DNA from: a virus
Lineage: Duplodnaviria; Caudoviricetes
Virus record (IMG/VR): IMGVR_UViG_3300037067_027684
Location: 160,001 to 224,000 of that record
DNA: 64,000 bases
Reading direction: 5' to 3' (one strand)
A program made the position numbers and the translations under genes. Below the pieces are notes generated by a model, which was not told where the DNA came from, did not search any database, and saw only the letters and a program-made list of their open reading frames with translations. Each line of letters begins with the position of its first letter. The first letter of the stretch is position 1. This document shows positions 19,337-30,124 of the stretch, piece by piece.

Positions 19337-19656
19337 TACCCCTCCAGAATTAGTTGGCGTTCGCCCAACTCTGCTACTTTTTCGGGTGGTTGTGGTATGA
19401 TGAGTCTGATATATGTTTCAGCAATGCCTCTACGAATAACTGGTAAAAAATCATTGGCGAATTTTGTAGAATCTCCATATCCAATTAATTGAGCGCCATA
19501 CCAAGAGCATTCTAACATCAAAGCAAACTTCTCACGATCTGTGACTGGAATCTCTGCGCACTTTGATATTACAGGCCACCATTTTCTTAGACACTCTGAG
19601 GGAGTAGCTTTCATTTCAGACATCAAAGCTTGGCATTCAGCGGGAGTTTTCATCAC
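19336..19656 (-). CDS. hypothetical protein with C-terminal ELGERQLILE tag
   Basis: ends AELGERQLILEG. Confidence 0.7.
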   Translation of the reverse strand: MMKTPAECQALMSEMKATPSECLRKWWPVISKCAEIPVTDREKFALMLECSWYGAQLIGYGDSTKFANDFLPVIRRGIAETYIRLIIPQPPEKVAELGERQLILEG

Positions 19657-19946
19657 TCCTCCAGAATAAGTTGGCGTTCGCCCAACTCTGAAGCCGGAAC
19701 TTTTACTGCGTCATGGATTCTACACCAACCGTATTTGCGCATATCATCTTCGTTTAAATTACTAATGTCTGTTTTACCATCGGTAACTATGACGAGGCAT
19801 TTAACGGGCAATTTCTTTAGAGCGAGTCCAATTTGACTAACCAAATGCCTATATGACTCTCTACTGTCATTTACTTTAACATGAATGACGCTCCTGTCAT
19901 TCGCGTAATTACAGACTTCTGTGACTATTGCGTCAAGCATGTTCAC
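19653..19946 (-). CDS. hypothetical protein with C-terminal ELGERQLILE tag
   Basis: ends SELGERQLILEE. Confidence 0.7.
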   Translation of the reverse strand: MNMLDAIVTEVCNYANDRSVIHVKVNDSRESYRHLVSQIGLALKKLPVKCLVIVTDGKTDISNLNEDDMRKYGWCRIHDAVKVPASELGERQLILEE

Positions 19947-20449
19947 TCTTTGATTGCATCAGGCCAGATTGAGAGCAATGTTTTCTCACGATCCTTGGTG
20001 CTGTAGCCCCTACTCCCATCCTCCAAACCTGCTCCTACACCATATCCTGACCAACCGTGCCAGATAGTCCCCTCACAATGTTCGGCTCTGATGTATTGGT
20101 AGATATTGTCTTCCTCCTTCCACCAAACTGTTGTTTTATATCCAAAACCATCCATGAGTAGTGGCTTATTGGCTTTTCTGAGTTTCTCAGAATTAATATA
20201 CAGCTTACCCAGATATTCATCGATTGCGTCCTTATCCTTGACTAGAAGGATAAGGTCTCTTTCTCTCTCAACGTCTCGATAAGAAATATAAGTCTGCTTA
20301 TACAAACAAATGTAGATTGGTTTTTCACCAATAATTACGTGAAATTCTGGCTCTTTGACTATCCCTAACGGGGTGATTTTACAGTCTGATCTTTCTGGCA
20401 TTCGCTTGCCATTCCGGTAAGCGTAACCACCGTAATCTGAGTAGGCCAT
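19943..20449 (-). CDS. hypothetical protein
   Basis: TAATG coupling to NADAR gene. Confidence 0.65.
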   Translation of the reverse strand: MAYSDYGGYAYRNGKRMPERSDCKITPLGIVKEPEFHVIIGEKPIYICLYKQTYISYRDVERERDLILLVKDKDAIDEYLGKLYINSEKLRKANKPLLMDGFGYKTTVWWKEEDNIYQYIRAEHCEGTIWHGWSGYGVGAGLEDGSRGYSTKDREKTLLSIWPDAIKE

Positions 20450-20967
20450 TATTTTGTATCCTCGAAAAATTCGCGGCATCCTGCTGCAGTTATACTCGAT
20501 TCGATAATCCCGTCTTTAATCTCGTCTCGAACTTCCATCCACAACTTACCAAGCATATTGGTACCATCTTTGTTCTCACCCCAACCCCAGAAGTTGTCAC
20601 GCCATGAATTCTCGATAATTTGTCTATCACCTGTTTCTAGGAGTTTTCTGCGGACGTATTCGTGTCGTCCTGCTTTGGCACGTAGGATACGTCTCATTAC
20701 TTCTACTTTGACGGATTCCCAATTTGGGCGCACCGACATGTGGTTTACACGAGCTATCCGGAATGCTTCGTGTGCGGAGGGTGCTGTGCGGATGGATTCT
20801 CTCAGAATTGAGAGTTCGGGTGGGAATTTTTGCCATTGGTAGGCGTGTTCTGATGTTGGGAAGAGATTGGTATTCCAGATGAGGTCAAAGGCTGAGAAGT
20901 TACTGAGGGGGTAGAATTCTTGTTCGTAGAAGAATACTTCTTTTTGTGTGTCTAATCCGTGTGGCAT
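20449..20967 (-). CDS. NADAR/YbiA-family protein (ADP-ribose glycohydrolase / N-glycosidase)
   Basis: LSNF, FPTSEHAYQWQKF, LLETGDRQIIENS, DNFWG, GTNMLGKLWMEVR. Confidence 0.92.
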   Translation of the reverse strand: MPHGLDTQKEVFFYEQEFYPLSNFSAFDLIWNTNLFPTSEHAYQWQKFPPELSILRESIRTAPSAHEAFRIARVNHMSVRPNWESVKVEVMRRILRAKAGRHEYVRRKLLETGDRQIIENSWRDNFWGWGENKDGTNMLGKLWMEVRDEIKDGIIESSITAAGCREFFEDTK

Positions 20968-20976
20968 TTTTACCTC

Positions 20977-21333
20977 CTAGTCACTGAGGGTCCGATCTAG
21001 GAAATTTATGACATGCTCTTTGACGAATTCAAATGGTAGTTCAGTTTCTTTGATAATTATCTTAGTCATGGTCTCTGATCCCATCAATTCTTCTCCATTC
21101 TTCAGCGCTCGATCATAGTCCTTTGCGGTCCAATCTTTAGTTAGGCCATGGAGTTTTTCGCAGAGTTGTTCTATTTGGTAGACTAGGAAGTCACTGTGGT
21201 CTATTCGGTTGCAGTGCGCGCATTGTTTGTAGACGATTTTGGTTTTGAGGGTTTTGGAATATTTGATTCTGTAGGTGTAGTAATGGAAGAGGACATTTCT
21301 GCTTTGTGTGTTTTGTTCTCGTAATTCTGACAT
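20977..21333 (-). CDS. hypothetical protein
   Basis: GGAGG RBS before MSELRE. Confidence 0.6.
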   Translation of the reverse strand: MSELREQNTQSRNVLFHYYTYRIKYSKTLKTKIVYKQCAHCNRIDHSDFLVYQIEQLCEKLHGLTKDWTAKDYDRALKNGEELMGSETMTKIIIKETELPFEFVKEHVINFLDRTLSD

Positions 21334-21425
21334 TAGGACCTCCAAGCGCGTCGTCGGAGGCCATCCCGACGCAAAGCAGATGCCACAACCCACTCAGCTT
21401 GCGCTATGGTATCACTGCACCGCGC

Positions 21426-21677
21426 TTATCTAATTCTTCCACGGTTTCTGTTTAGTCGTGCTCTTGCAGCTTCAGCGTCAGAATTCATATTCAGGTGTGT
21501 TTTCGCAGAATCAGCATGTCTTACTTCGGCTGATACCAAATAAGCTTCATCTTCTTCATAGCGAAATTGAAAGTTCACAGTAGAGTCCATTGGCATATTA
21601 GCTGCTTGTTTGAGATATATTTCGATATCAGAAACATTGAATGTTACGACGGTTGTTTTTTCGATTTTCCTGTCCAT
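21426..21677 (-). CDS. hypothetical protein
   Basis: AAGGAG RBS. Confidence 0.65.
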   Translation of the reverse strand: MDRKIEKTTVVTFNVSDIEIYLKQAANMPMDSTVNFQFRYEEDEAYLVSAEVRHADSAKTHLNMNSDAEAARARLNRNRGRIR

Positions 21678-21819
21678 GCTGTCTCCTTACCATTCCCACC
21701 AGTGCACGCAGGACCATAGCAGATGATTCTGAATGGCGGCGGGTCAGGGAATTGTACGGTCACGTTCCCAACAACCAACGTCAGCATCAGTTGGGATTCT
21801 TTTTTCTTTCGTTTTCGCT

Positions 21820-22314
21820 TCATTTCTTCTCCTGTTCTTGATTTCGATAACACGTATCTACATTGTGCTCAATCCCTTCTATGTCTCGAAAGAATGACAC
21901 TTCACCTATAAACTTAGCAACTAACTTCCCACATATGTTGACTCGTAACCATCCAGTCTCAACTTCTATGTCGTGAAGTGGCCATTCGTCACCACTATAG
22001 AAATGTGCCACCAACGGCTGTGGCAGGCTGTCAATATGCTCCATTCTCAATTTGTCCATCACCTTCTTCTCCTTGAAGGCCCAAAGCTTATCACGTGGAG
22101 TTTGGGGATCAGGCGATTGAAGAGGTTGACAAAGTATTGCATCAGCTCCATGATCACGCTTCATAATTTCTTCGATCTTGCGTTCTGGGTCTGCTGGTAC
22201 TCCCGCACCATCTTCTATCAAAATAGTCAGGTCTTCTTCAAGAGTCAAATTACCCTTCCTATACATGCAGTGTACTTTGAATGGGATCATTTCAACTAGA
22301 GTAAGATTCTTCAT
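21820..22314 (-). CDS. hypothetical protein
   Basis: 164-aa tiling ORF. Confidence 0.6.
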   Translation of the reverse strand: MKNLTLVEMIPFKVHCMYRKGNLTLEEDLTILIEDGAGVPADPERKIEEIMKRDHGADAILCQPLQSPDPQTPRDKLWAFKEKKVMDKLRMEHIDSLPQPLVAHFYSGDEWPLHDIEVETGWLRVNICGKLVAKFIGEVSFFRDIEGIEHNVDTCYRNQEQEKK

Positions 22315-22317
22315 TGT

Positions 22318-23535
22318 TTACCTTTCGTCTAAAACATTCTTGCCATCCTTGGCCATTTGATTATAGAAAATATCTGCTGCCATCTTAAGTTGAAGGTTGC
22401 TATCTAACCAATCCTTAAGCTCAGTAATCTCCTTATCCAACATCCTTCTCTCTTCGGTTACATCTACCAGTCTTTGGGATTTGCGGATGTAAGTTATCAA
22501 GTCATCTAACGTTGGTTGGGCATGAATTGGTTCAAGGTGCTCAACGATTGGTTGGAGTCTTGATTCTACTTGTTTGGTTACTGCTTCTGCCTTCTCTAAT
22601 TCAGGCTCCAGGGCTACGGCTTGGATTACTTCTGGTGCTTGGTGGCTTACTTCAATCCATCCTTCTTCTGTGACTTCATATCCATCTTGAGTCTTTTTGA
22701 TCCAGCAAGTATCTCTTGAGTGACAGATTGTGGTGAAGAGCCTTAGGACTCCCTTGGGATGGATGTCTTTGGCTTTGTACTTGTCTTTAAAGAAGTCAGT
22801 CATCCATTTAATTGCTTCTTCATATGGAACTGATTTGGGTTTGTGACTTTCGGCGATTATTGAGAATACTTGTACGAATTCATGGATTCTGTTTGGGTCT
22901 TTGGTGTAGGAGAGTAGTGATAGGCGTCCATCCGAGTCTGGTTGGCCTGAGAATAGGTCATTCTTGGAGGTTGTGGTTGCGATGCCATCGGTTCGGATGG
23001 TGCAGGGGTATGGTTTGCTAGTGTCTGCTATTACTACTCTTAGTAGTGATCCTACTGGGTATTTGTTTAAGTCTTTTTTGTCGTAGGATTCAGACACGTC
23101 TTGTAGTGGAATGAATCCTTCATATTTCTCATCGATTAGGATGTCCATTCCGTGTTGTAGGTGGGTGACTATTCTGGCTTTTCTGAGTTGGTTTACTGTT
23201 GGTTCTTCGACTTCTTCGGTTGGTGTTTCTACTTCTTGTGCTACTTCTTTTTCATTGAGTTGTTCTATGTCGAATCCTTTGGGTGGTCGTACTGTGATTC
23301 GCCAGCTTGAGCTTTTATCAAATGGCCTCACTGCGTAGATTGCGTATTGGTTTTCTTTTGAAATCTTACGGAGTTCTATCTTTTCGGTGGTATTTTCTCC
23401 TGTTTTCTTGAATAGTTCTGCTTCCCAATCTCCTTCGTATCCTCGTTCGTTCAGGTAACTTCGGAGGATAGATTTGATTTGGTTGGCTAGGTTACTTCTG
23501 ATTTTGTTAGATGATGGGAAGGATAGGTTTATCAT
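22318..23535 (-). CDS. S1 RNA-binding domain protein
   Basis: central ARIVTHLQHGMDILIDEKYEGFIPLQDVS...YPVGSLLRVVI resembles an S1 OB fold. Confidence 0.65.
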   Translation of the reverse strand: MINLSFPSSNKIRSNLANQIKSILRSYLNERGYEGDWEAELFKKTGENTTEKIELRKISKENQYAIYAVRPFDKSSSWRITVRPPKGFDIEQLNEKEVAQEVETPTEEVEEPTVNQLRKARIVTHLQHGMDILIDEKYEGFIPLQDVSESYDKKDLNKYPVGSLLRVVIADTSKPYPCTIRTDGIATTTSKNDLFSGQPDSDGRLSLLSYTKDPNRIHEFVQVFSIIAESHKPKSVPYEEAIKWMTDFFKDKYKAKDIHPKGVLRLFTTICHSRDTCWIKKTQDGYEVTEEGWIEVSHQAPEVIQAVALEPELEKAEAVTKQVESRLQPIVEHLEPIHAQPTLDDLITYIRKSQRLVDVTEERRMLDKEITELKDWLDSNLQLKMAADIFYNQMAKDGKNVLDER

Positions 23536-23930
23536 TGGCTTGCCTCATACTTGGCCAATATTTCTTCCATCTTCTTGATTTGGGTTCGCAATTCTCGTAC
23601 GAGGGGAGATTTCTTGCTAGACACAGATTCGTCGGGTGTCTTTAGTAGGAATTGTCGATTGAATCCTTCACCTTGTTGAATTATTTGGTCTGCTTTGCAT
23701 AATTTACGGCATTGGGCCATTATTACCCATCGTTTGCCCATTTGGATTTGTTCTTCTAAAGGTCTTGTTTGGTCACGTTTGCCGCTTTTTTGGTAAGTTA
23801 AGTAGATTTGTGATGCTTTTTCTGAGGTTATGCATTGTCCAGCGATATTCAGGAGTTCACCTAATTCATGCCATTGTTTATCCTGCAATATTTCAAGAAT
23901 CTTCGCTCGTATGGTTTGGTTGATTGACAT
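23532..23930 (-). CDS. hypothetical protein, possible winged helix
   Basis: ILEILQDKQWH..ELL pattern. Confidence 0.55.
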   Translation of the reverse strand: MSINQTIRAKILEILQDKQWHELGELLNIAGQCITSEKASQIYLTYQKSGKRDQTRPLEEQIQMGKRWVIMAQCRKLCKADQIIQQGEGFNRQFLLKTPDESVSSKKSPLVRELRTQIKKMEEILAKYEASQ

Positions 23931-24162
23931 TTCACGCTCCCAAGGGGTCTACTACGATGCCAATAGTGTGAGTAATTTCACCAATGTGGTTCGGCTTGAA
24001 GAAATGCTCAACTGAATAGACTTTGAATCTGTGAGGACCATCATCAAGAAACAACATGACAACTTCCCCTACTCTAGGGATAAACTCTAGGTTAATATCT
24101 TTAATGAAATCTTCTTTCTTAGAACCATGGCAAAATCTAGCCAACATGTGACCTCCCATCTC

Positions 24163-25107
24163 TCAGATTCTCGCTTTGAGGTCTTTGAGGGAATCAATGA
24201 TTTCGTTCACGTCACTCTTGAGTTCTTTCCTTTCTTTCTTATCGTTGGTGAGTTTTTCAATTGGCGGGAAGCACTTACCATTATTCCCCGTAGCTAGGAA
24301 GCTCCGCATCCTAGTCAATTCTCGTCGGAGGTTGGTTTCGGGGCGATTCTTCTTACCAGTATTCTGGTCATTGATTTTCTTCTTCCAAGCAACAATAACA
24401 GCAATCTGCTCGTCTTCGGTTTGCTTCTCCCTAATATCCTTGACCATTTCTTCAACTTGGGCAGTTGGAAGTTTGTAGTCAGAGACTACTCGTCCTGCGT
24501 CCTTTAGGACGTTGATGTTGTCCTTAACGGGGGAGAGTGATGCCAGGACCGAGGAGCAGATTCCCTTGGTATCGACGTTTTTGGATTGGAGCCTCTCCCG
24601 CACGTCTTGGGCGGTGTTTTCAGCGGTGATTTTGCTATAGGTTTCTGGTTTGCCGCCGAAGAATTGGTCGTTAAGATCTCTCATCGAGATTTTGTACTTG
24701 CGGTGTTGTTCGACGCAGGCTGCGATTTTCTCTTCTGTGTTGAGGTTCCTGCCGTGGCGGATGTTGTCTTGGCGAATGAATGCGTCTCGTTGAAGGTCTG
24801 TGATTGAGCTATCGCAGACGTAGGCGTCTACTATTTTGAGTCCTGCTTGGATTGCGCCGTTGACTCGGTTGTTGCCGCCTAGGATATAGCCTCCTTCGAC
24901 GATTACGATTGCGGGGAAGCGTACTCCTTCTTTCATTTTGCTGGCGTAAAGGGTGCAGTCGTCATCGTTTAGGGCTTTGCCGAATCGGGCGTTGTTTTTC
25001 TTGGAGTCCTCTACTTTGAGGGTGTTGATTTTGAGGTTCTCGACGTACTTCCATTTAATCTTGAGGGAGTCGAGCAACTGTTCAACGGATGAGTCCTTTT
25101 CCCACAT
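24163..25107 (-). CDS. ParB/Srx N-terminal domain protein
   Basis: FPAIVIVEGGYILGGNNRV and DNIRHGRNLNTEEK motifs. Confidence 0.7.
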   Translation of the reverse strand: MWEKDSSVEQLLDSLKIKWKYVENLKINTLKVEDSKKNNARFGKALNDDDCTLYASKMKEGVRFPAIVIVEGGYILGGNNRVNGAIQAGLKIVDAYVCDSSITDLQRDAFIRQDNIRHGRNLNTEEKIAACVEQHRKYKISMRDLNDQFFGGKPETYSKITAENTAQDVRERLQSKNVDTKGICSSVLASLSPVKDNINVLKDAGRVVSDYKLPTAQVEEMVKDIREKQTEDEQIAVIVAWKKKINDQNTGKKNRPETNLRRELTRMRSFLATGNNGKCFPPIEKLTNDKKERKELKSDVNEIIDSLKDLKARI

Positions 25108-25269
25108 GGTCAAGTATCTCCTTTTGGTTGTCCCTTGGTATTGGTGTCGCGGTTATGAGGAATTAGAAGTTACATCTAAAGAGAATAGCTGTAATTGTTG
25201 AAATGAGCAGTCCTAATAGTAACCCAATCAGGAGTCCTCGATGATATCCTTCTTTATAACAAAAACCAG

Positions 25270-25593
25270 CTAATTCTGATGCTTTCGAGCAGATTTCTGT
25301 TTCCCTTTTGGTTTGCGGCCATGGCATTGGTGCTTTCGGCATTTGGATTCTCCACCCAGAGTGCGAATTAGAAATTCTATTAGATTTTCACCACCAACTT
25401 TTCGCTCTTTGGGAGTCTTCCTGTCTTGGGTTGACAACTCTTCAATAACTAGATCGATTGCGTCTTCAAGTTGGTCAATGCGCTTTTCAACATCTTTATA
25501 GAAAACAAATTCACCATTTTTGTGTTTACATAAACGGAAGGAGGGTCCATGGAACAAGCGGGGGTTGCATCTTGATAATCGATATCGTGTCAT
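25270..25593 (-). CDS. hypothetical protein
   Basis: ATGA overlap. Confidence 0.55.
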   Translation of the reverse strand: MTRYRLSRCNPRLFHGPSFRLCKHKNGEFVFYKDVEKRIDQLEDAIDLVIEELSTQDRKTPKERKVGGENLIEFLIRTLGGESKCRKHQCHGRKPKGKQKSARKHQN

Positions 25594-26162
25594 TTGTTCT
25601 CTCCGTAGAAATGGGAGATTAGGTCGGCCTGGGCACGTAACTCAGCAACCAAATTACACATTAATTCAGGTGCGTCATTCCAGAGAGCATCAGCCAATTG
25701 TAGACTTTCAAATGCATACAGCCTCTTGAAAGCAGGACTTGCCTCATCTTCCATCAATTCTTTGAGGTTATCAATCCTATCGACTAATTTGATGATTTTG
25801 ACTTCAAGCGGTTGTTTACTTAACCGTTCTCGGTCTTTCTGTTTACGTTCGGCTCTGGTCAATCCACGTTTCTTCGGTTGGTTGGTTAATCCAAGAACCC
25901 ACAAGCATACTTGCTCACCGAAGATTTGATCAATATCGTCTAGGACTTTCTGGTACCGGTCTTTACCACACTCTTCTAACACATCGTGGAGTTCGCCAGC
26001 AATACAAACGTTATCTGGTAAGCCTAATTCGATTAACCTATCGCAAACTCTATCAGGGTGGGTGATGTAGGGTCTTCCGTTATACTTTCTGGTTTGGCCT
26101 TTATGAATTTCTGTGGCGTATTCTTTGGCTCTAACGACTTTGGGCGACATTGTTTGGGTCAT
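25590..26162 (-). CDS. HD-domain hydrolase, RelA/SpoT small alarmone hydrolase (Mesh1-like)
   Basis: HKGQTRK..GRPYITHP, LHDVLE, KLVDRIDNL. Confidence 0.88.
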   Translation of the reverse strand: MTQTMSPKVVRAKEYATEIHKGQTRKYNGRPYITHPDRVCDRLIELGLPDNVCIAGELHDVLEECGKDRYQKVLDDIDQIFGEQVCLWVLGLTNQPKKRGLTRAERKQKDRERLSKQPLEVKIIKLVDRIDNLKELMEDEASPAFKRLYAFESLQLADALWNDAPELMCNLVAELRAQADLISHFYGENK

Positions 26163-26574
26163 TTAGCACTCCTTTCTCAAGTCTAGGCGTAAAATCGGGT
26201 TTACGCTTTTGTCGTTCGATTAATTCTAGGCAATGGTGGCAGATTACTTTATCATGCCAGCAACGTTCTTCGTAGTTGCAAGAGATTTGGACCCATCCGG
26301 ATGGTGGCTTAGTCAGCAGAGGGATGGTTTCGCTTGTCCAACAGAGGTCACATACCCATTTAGTCAGGTGTTCTACTGCCATTTTTGGTTTCCTCCAAAT
26401 AGATTAATCGTGCTTGTTGCTTCATGGCTTCTGTTAAACCTCGTTCAAATTCTTTATATACTCGGAAGTATGCGTCCTTTTTAGTCATCTTCCCATTCTC
26501 GGTTAGTTGTTTGAATCGTTTGGTCATGACGTTTTGAATTGCTGCTATTACGTCTGGTGTTTCAAACCAAGGCA

Positions 26575-27156
26575 TTAGTTCCCCTCCATAATCAATTTTC
26601 TATCGCCAATTTCTGCATTTGGTGTTCTAGATCCAGGGATTAGTCGCCCGAGGACTTTTGGGTATGAGTATGCGCATTGAAATATCCCAGTTTTAAGGAT
26701 TGTTTCCATCTTGTAGATTACTAATTTTGGGGCGTTGATTATCATTCCTTTGTCATTTACGACATTCCCATTGAGGCATGGGTGATTGATCAGTGGCATT
26801 GCTTCAACTAGTAACTTATCCCAATTTTGATGTAGGAAGCAAATATCATCATCTGCTTTGATGACGTATTCATATTTCGACATCCACGAGTAACTTGGGT
26901 TCATACGTAGACAATCTACATAGGAGTACCAATTCATGTATTCAACGTCGTGATGGAATATGCAGTGGGCGGTTGGTAGTCTATCTTCTGGGAAGGTTAC
27001 GTCTCTTAGGGCTGTTTTGTCCAGCATGAATATTCTTGCGACTGGGGAGTCTGCTGAGTGCAATGTCTGTCGATCAACAGATACTGTCTCGATCAGTGAG
27101 TCGTCCATTTCGACCCAGTGGTTACAGGTTATCTTTACTAGAATTAGTACTTTCAC
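26575..27156 (-). CDS. glycosyltransferase-like protein with C-terminal EIGDRKL tag
   Basis: YEYVIKADDD DxD-type motif; ends AEIGDRKLIMEGN. Confidence 0.5.
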   Translation of the reverse strand: MKVLILVKITCNHWVEMDDSLIETVSVDRQTLHSADSPVARIFMLDKTALRDVTFPEDRLPTAHCIFHHDVEYMNWYSYVDCLRMNPSYSWMSKYEYVIKADDDICFLHQNWDKLLVEAMPLINHPCLNGNVVNDKGMIINAPKLVIYKMETILKTGIFQCAYSYPKVLGRLIPGSRTPNAEIGDRKLIMEGN

Positions 27157-27410
27157 GATTTCTTTTGAAATCCACCATGGGCCTGTAGGTTGAGGGTGTC
27201 CATTTGGCGTCGGTAAGCTTGTTTGACTGCAAGAAAATGTCGTTCCATGGCCTCAATCTGTACTCGTAGTTCGCTCATGCTGTCTTGGTTGAGGTTTTTG
27301 ATGCCTGGAATCAATCCGTTTTCTAGGGCGTAAAGCTCTAATTCGGCTCGACCAGCTAAATCCAAAATCAGTTTGTCAACGGCTGGATCACCTTGGCAAG
27401 GTTCACTCAT
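27153..27410 (-). CDS. hypothetical protein
   Basis: tiling ORF. Confidence 0.6.
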   Translation of the reverse strand: MSEPCQGDPAVDKLILDLAGRAELELYALENGLIPGIKNLNQDSMSELRVQIEAMERHFLAVKQAYRRQMDTLNLQAHGGFQKKS

Positions 27411-27681
27411 TTTCTTTCTCCTTAGTGTCAGATACTCTCGATTGTTCGACTACAGCTTCAACATCTTTCTTTATCTCTTGTAGAGCTGACATAAAGGCTG
27501 CTGTGTCTTCTTCATACGTGGTGTCAGGGGTGCACCATCTAAATTCGATGCCAAGTCTTTTCATTTCTGGGCTAATGTCTTTGGTGTGTAGGTTGAATAT
27601 TGTGTTGAATTTGAATTCTGGTCCTGCTTTGGAGTTATAGATGGTTTCTGCTCTGTTAATTAGTTCGAGTAGTTTCTTCAT
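27403..27681 (-). CDS. hypothetical protein
   Basis: AAGGAGG RBS. Confidence 0.65.
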   Translation of the reverse strand: MKKLLELINRAETIYNSKAGPEFKFNTIFNLHTKDISPEMKRLGIEFRWCTPDTTYEEDTAAFMSALQEIKKDVEAVVEQSRVSDTKEKENE

Positions 27682-28058
27682 GCATCCTCCTTGTTAAACG
27701 TCTTGGGCTAGGGCTTCTATTCTTGAGGCTAGGTCTCCTAGTTCGTTGGCTTCTTCCATGAAAGATTGCCAATTATATTTTGGCTCTTCTCCTTTTAGCT
27801 TAGATATTTGGTTTGCTGCTTTCATTGCTGCTATTCGTGCGTTACATTGATCTGCTTGGGTTCTTAGTGCTATGATTTTGCCGACGTAGTAATTCATGGG
27901 TTACTCACCTCCCAAAGCCGCAATCATCGTGTCTAGAATGTTGCTGTACGCAACACTGGCTCTCCTAGCCTCCGAGAAGAGGGCAGGCAACATTGAATGC
28001 TCTATGTGGTCAATATTTTGACTTCTCTCGTTTCATTCATCGTTTTCTCCTACTTTCC

Positions 28059-28376
28059 TTACTGGAAACATTTGATCCCATTCTTAAGGATGTAATCGAC
28101 CTTCTTGTAAGTCTCCCACAATGTCAAAGCATCACACAACAGTTTCTGGCGAACGTTCGGTGGAATACGTTTAAATGAAGTAATTTTCTTGGGCTTAAAA
28201 TCACCCCATTCTGCGTCTAACTCTTCGAACCACAGGAATTCAGCAATCTTAATAAGCTCTTTCTTGTGGGGGTGTTTGGCCATGAAGGTTGGACTGGGAG
28301 AATAGGTTCGTAGGTCCATTTTTCTGATTGCTTCGGACCAACCTTCAAGCCAATTTTTACAAGCTTTGTTCTTCAT
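28059..28376 (-). CDS. hypothetical protein
   Basis: ATGA overlap. Confidence 0.65.
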   Translation of the reverse strand: MKNKACKNWLEGWSEAIRKMDLRTYSPSPTFMAKHPHKKELIKIAEFLWFEELDAEWGDFKPKKITSFKRIPPNVRQKLLCDALTLWETYKKVDYILKNGIKCFQ

Positions 28377-29173
28377 TGTAATTCCTTCTTGACGTGGACG
28401 ATTTCAACTTGGGTTGAAACTCCGGACCACTCTTTCAGGTACACTGAGGTATCGATGCTGGTTGCTTCGAAAATGATACCTGTTTGGTCTTTAAACTTCT
28501 CGTATTCTTTATTCAAAACCTGTTGGTAATTCATACATCCACTGTAATGGAATGGACAGGATCGTTGGTCTACAATAAAGGTTGCAAACTTCACATATTG
28601 TAAGGCGATTTCTGCAAGCGCGTATGTGGATTTACCACCGGTATAGTTCAGGCCGGTGAAGTTGGTTGGCTTGATTTTGAGGAAGGGTGGGTTGCTGATT
28701 ACCTCGTAGGCTGAGCCAATTTGTTCCCAAGTTTTGGCGTCAAAGGCATCCCCTAGAATCCATTTGGCGTCTGGGAGGATTCGTTTGCCTACTTCTATGA
28801 AGGTTGGGTTGTTTTCAACACAGATGTGTTTTGCCCCACCGCCTCCCATTATTTCTTCTGCGAAGCTTAATGCTCCAATTCCTGCACATACGTCCACAAT
28901 GGTTCCGATCCCAATTACTTCTAGAGAAAAATCTCTTGCTAAGTCATAAGGGGTGAAGAATGTTCCTGTTTTGCCAACATTGTGGGAGGCTTGTGGGTTC
29001 CAGTTTTTGAGGATGTAGATTTTCTCGTCTATGGTTAGGGGTTTGTCTTGTTTGTGACATTTTACCCAATCATAGGAGTCTGTTTTTTCGTGATAGAAGA
29101 GGCATGCTGTGCCGTCAACTAATTGTTGGGCTTGTTCGTGATTTTTGGTTGCTATTTTGCTTAATTTAGACAT
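28373..29173 (-). CDS. SAM-dependent N6-adenine (amino) methyltransferase
   Basis: GTFFTP, VDVCAGIG (motif I), ISNPPF (motif IV). Confidence 0.85.
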   Translation of the reverse strand: MSKLSKIATKNHEQAQQLVDGTACLFYHEKTDSYDWVKCHKQDKPLTIDEKIYILKNWNPQASHNVGKTGTFFTPYDLARDFSLEVIGIGTIVDVCAGIGALSFAEEIMGGGGAKHICVENNPTFIEVGKRILPDAKWILGDAFDAKTWEQIGSAYEVISNPPFLKIKPTNFTGLNYTGGKSTYALAEIALQYVKFATFIVDQRSCPFHYSGCMNYQQVLNKEYEKFKDQTGIIFEATSIDTSVYLKEWSGVSTQVEIVHVKKELQ

Positions 29174-29510
29174 TTTTCTCCTTAACCGGCCAGAGTTTGG
29201 GGAATTTACCATCACGCATTTGATTTACTCGTCGTGTGATCAATTCGATGTGATCTGTGTTTAGCCCTTCACCAAGAAGGGAGACTAGGGCTTTGCACCA
29301 TAATTTGTCTCGTTCAAGGCATTCTTGTGGCTCACTGGTTTTGTCGTTAACGAATTTAAACTCTACCATCAAATCAGGGAATCCTTGGTCGATTGTGGAT
29401 TCAAGGCTCACTACAAGTTGCGCAACCGTAAGTCTCTGTGGGATGTCCGGTTCGGGTGGGTACGGGAAATCTTTTGGGTCGTATGAGTTTACAATTGGTC
29501 TGTCTTTCAT
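29166..29510 (-). CDS. hypothetical protein
   Basis: tiling ORF. Confidence 0.6.
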   Translation of the reverse strand: MKDRPIVNSYDPKDFPYPPEPDIPQRLTVAQLVVSLESTIDQGFPDLMVEFKFVNDKTSEPQECLERDKLWCKALVSLLGEGLNTDHIELITRRVNQMRDGKFPKLWPVKEKNV

Positions 29511-29965
29511 TCTTTCACCTTTAGCACTTTGGCTGTCCCTTCATCCAAATCAAGTTCAATCCTGATGTTCTCACCCCATTCGATAAATTTTTGGGCAACT
29601 TCCTTAATCTTTTCGCACTTTTCTTCGGATTCTTCGGAGCCGTGCATTTCTATTTCGTTTTCGCAGGCGTAGGACACAACATCTGGTGTTTTGAACCTGA
29701 GGCATACTTTACCATATTTCTTCTGAGATACTCCAGTGGGCGAGTTTGCCTTTTCTTTAAGAATAGTTTCTGGAAGGTAGACGCAATAAGAGTTGCATTG
29801 GTCGAACGCTACCTCGACTTCTCTGCCAACTGGATTAGGGTAATCCTTCTTGAGGTCTTGGACATTTAGGATGCGAAATGTAGATCCTTGGAGTCTGCCT
29901 GTGCTGAGTATTGCTTGGTATTCTTTGGTTGCTTCGTAGATTACGACGTGTGCGTGTTCTATCAT
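29507..29965 (-). CDS. hypothetical protein
   Basis: tiling ORF. Confidence 0.6.
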   Translation of the reverse strand: MIEHAHVVIYEATKEYQAILSTGRLQGSTFRILNVQDLKKDYPNPVGREVEVAFDQCNSYCVYLPETILKEKANSPTGVSQKKYGKVCLRFKTPDVVSYACENEIEMHGSEESEEKCEKIKEVAQKFIEWGENIRIELDLDEGTAKVLKVKE

Positions 29966-30124
29966 TGGTCTCTCCTTCGTATGTTCTTTACTAGTTCAGC
30001 CATTTCTTTGAGCCATGGTTTGGGGATTGCTTTGCCTGCTTTCAGGTATCGGTTTCCTGCTTCGATGATTTCAAGCAAGCGTTCTTCCTCCGCTATCCAG
30101 CGGGGTCTGAGTCCTAGTGGAGGC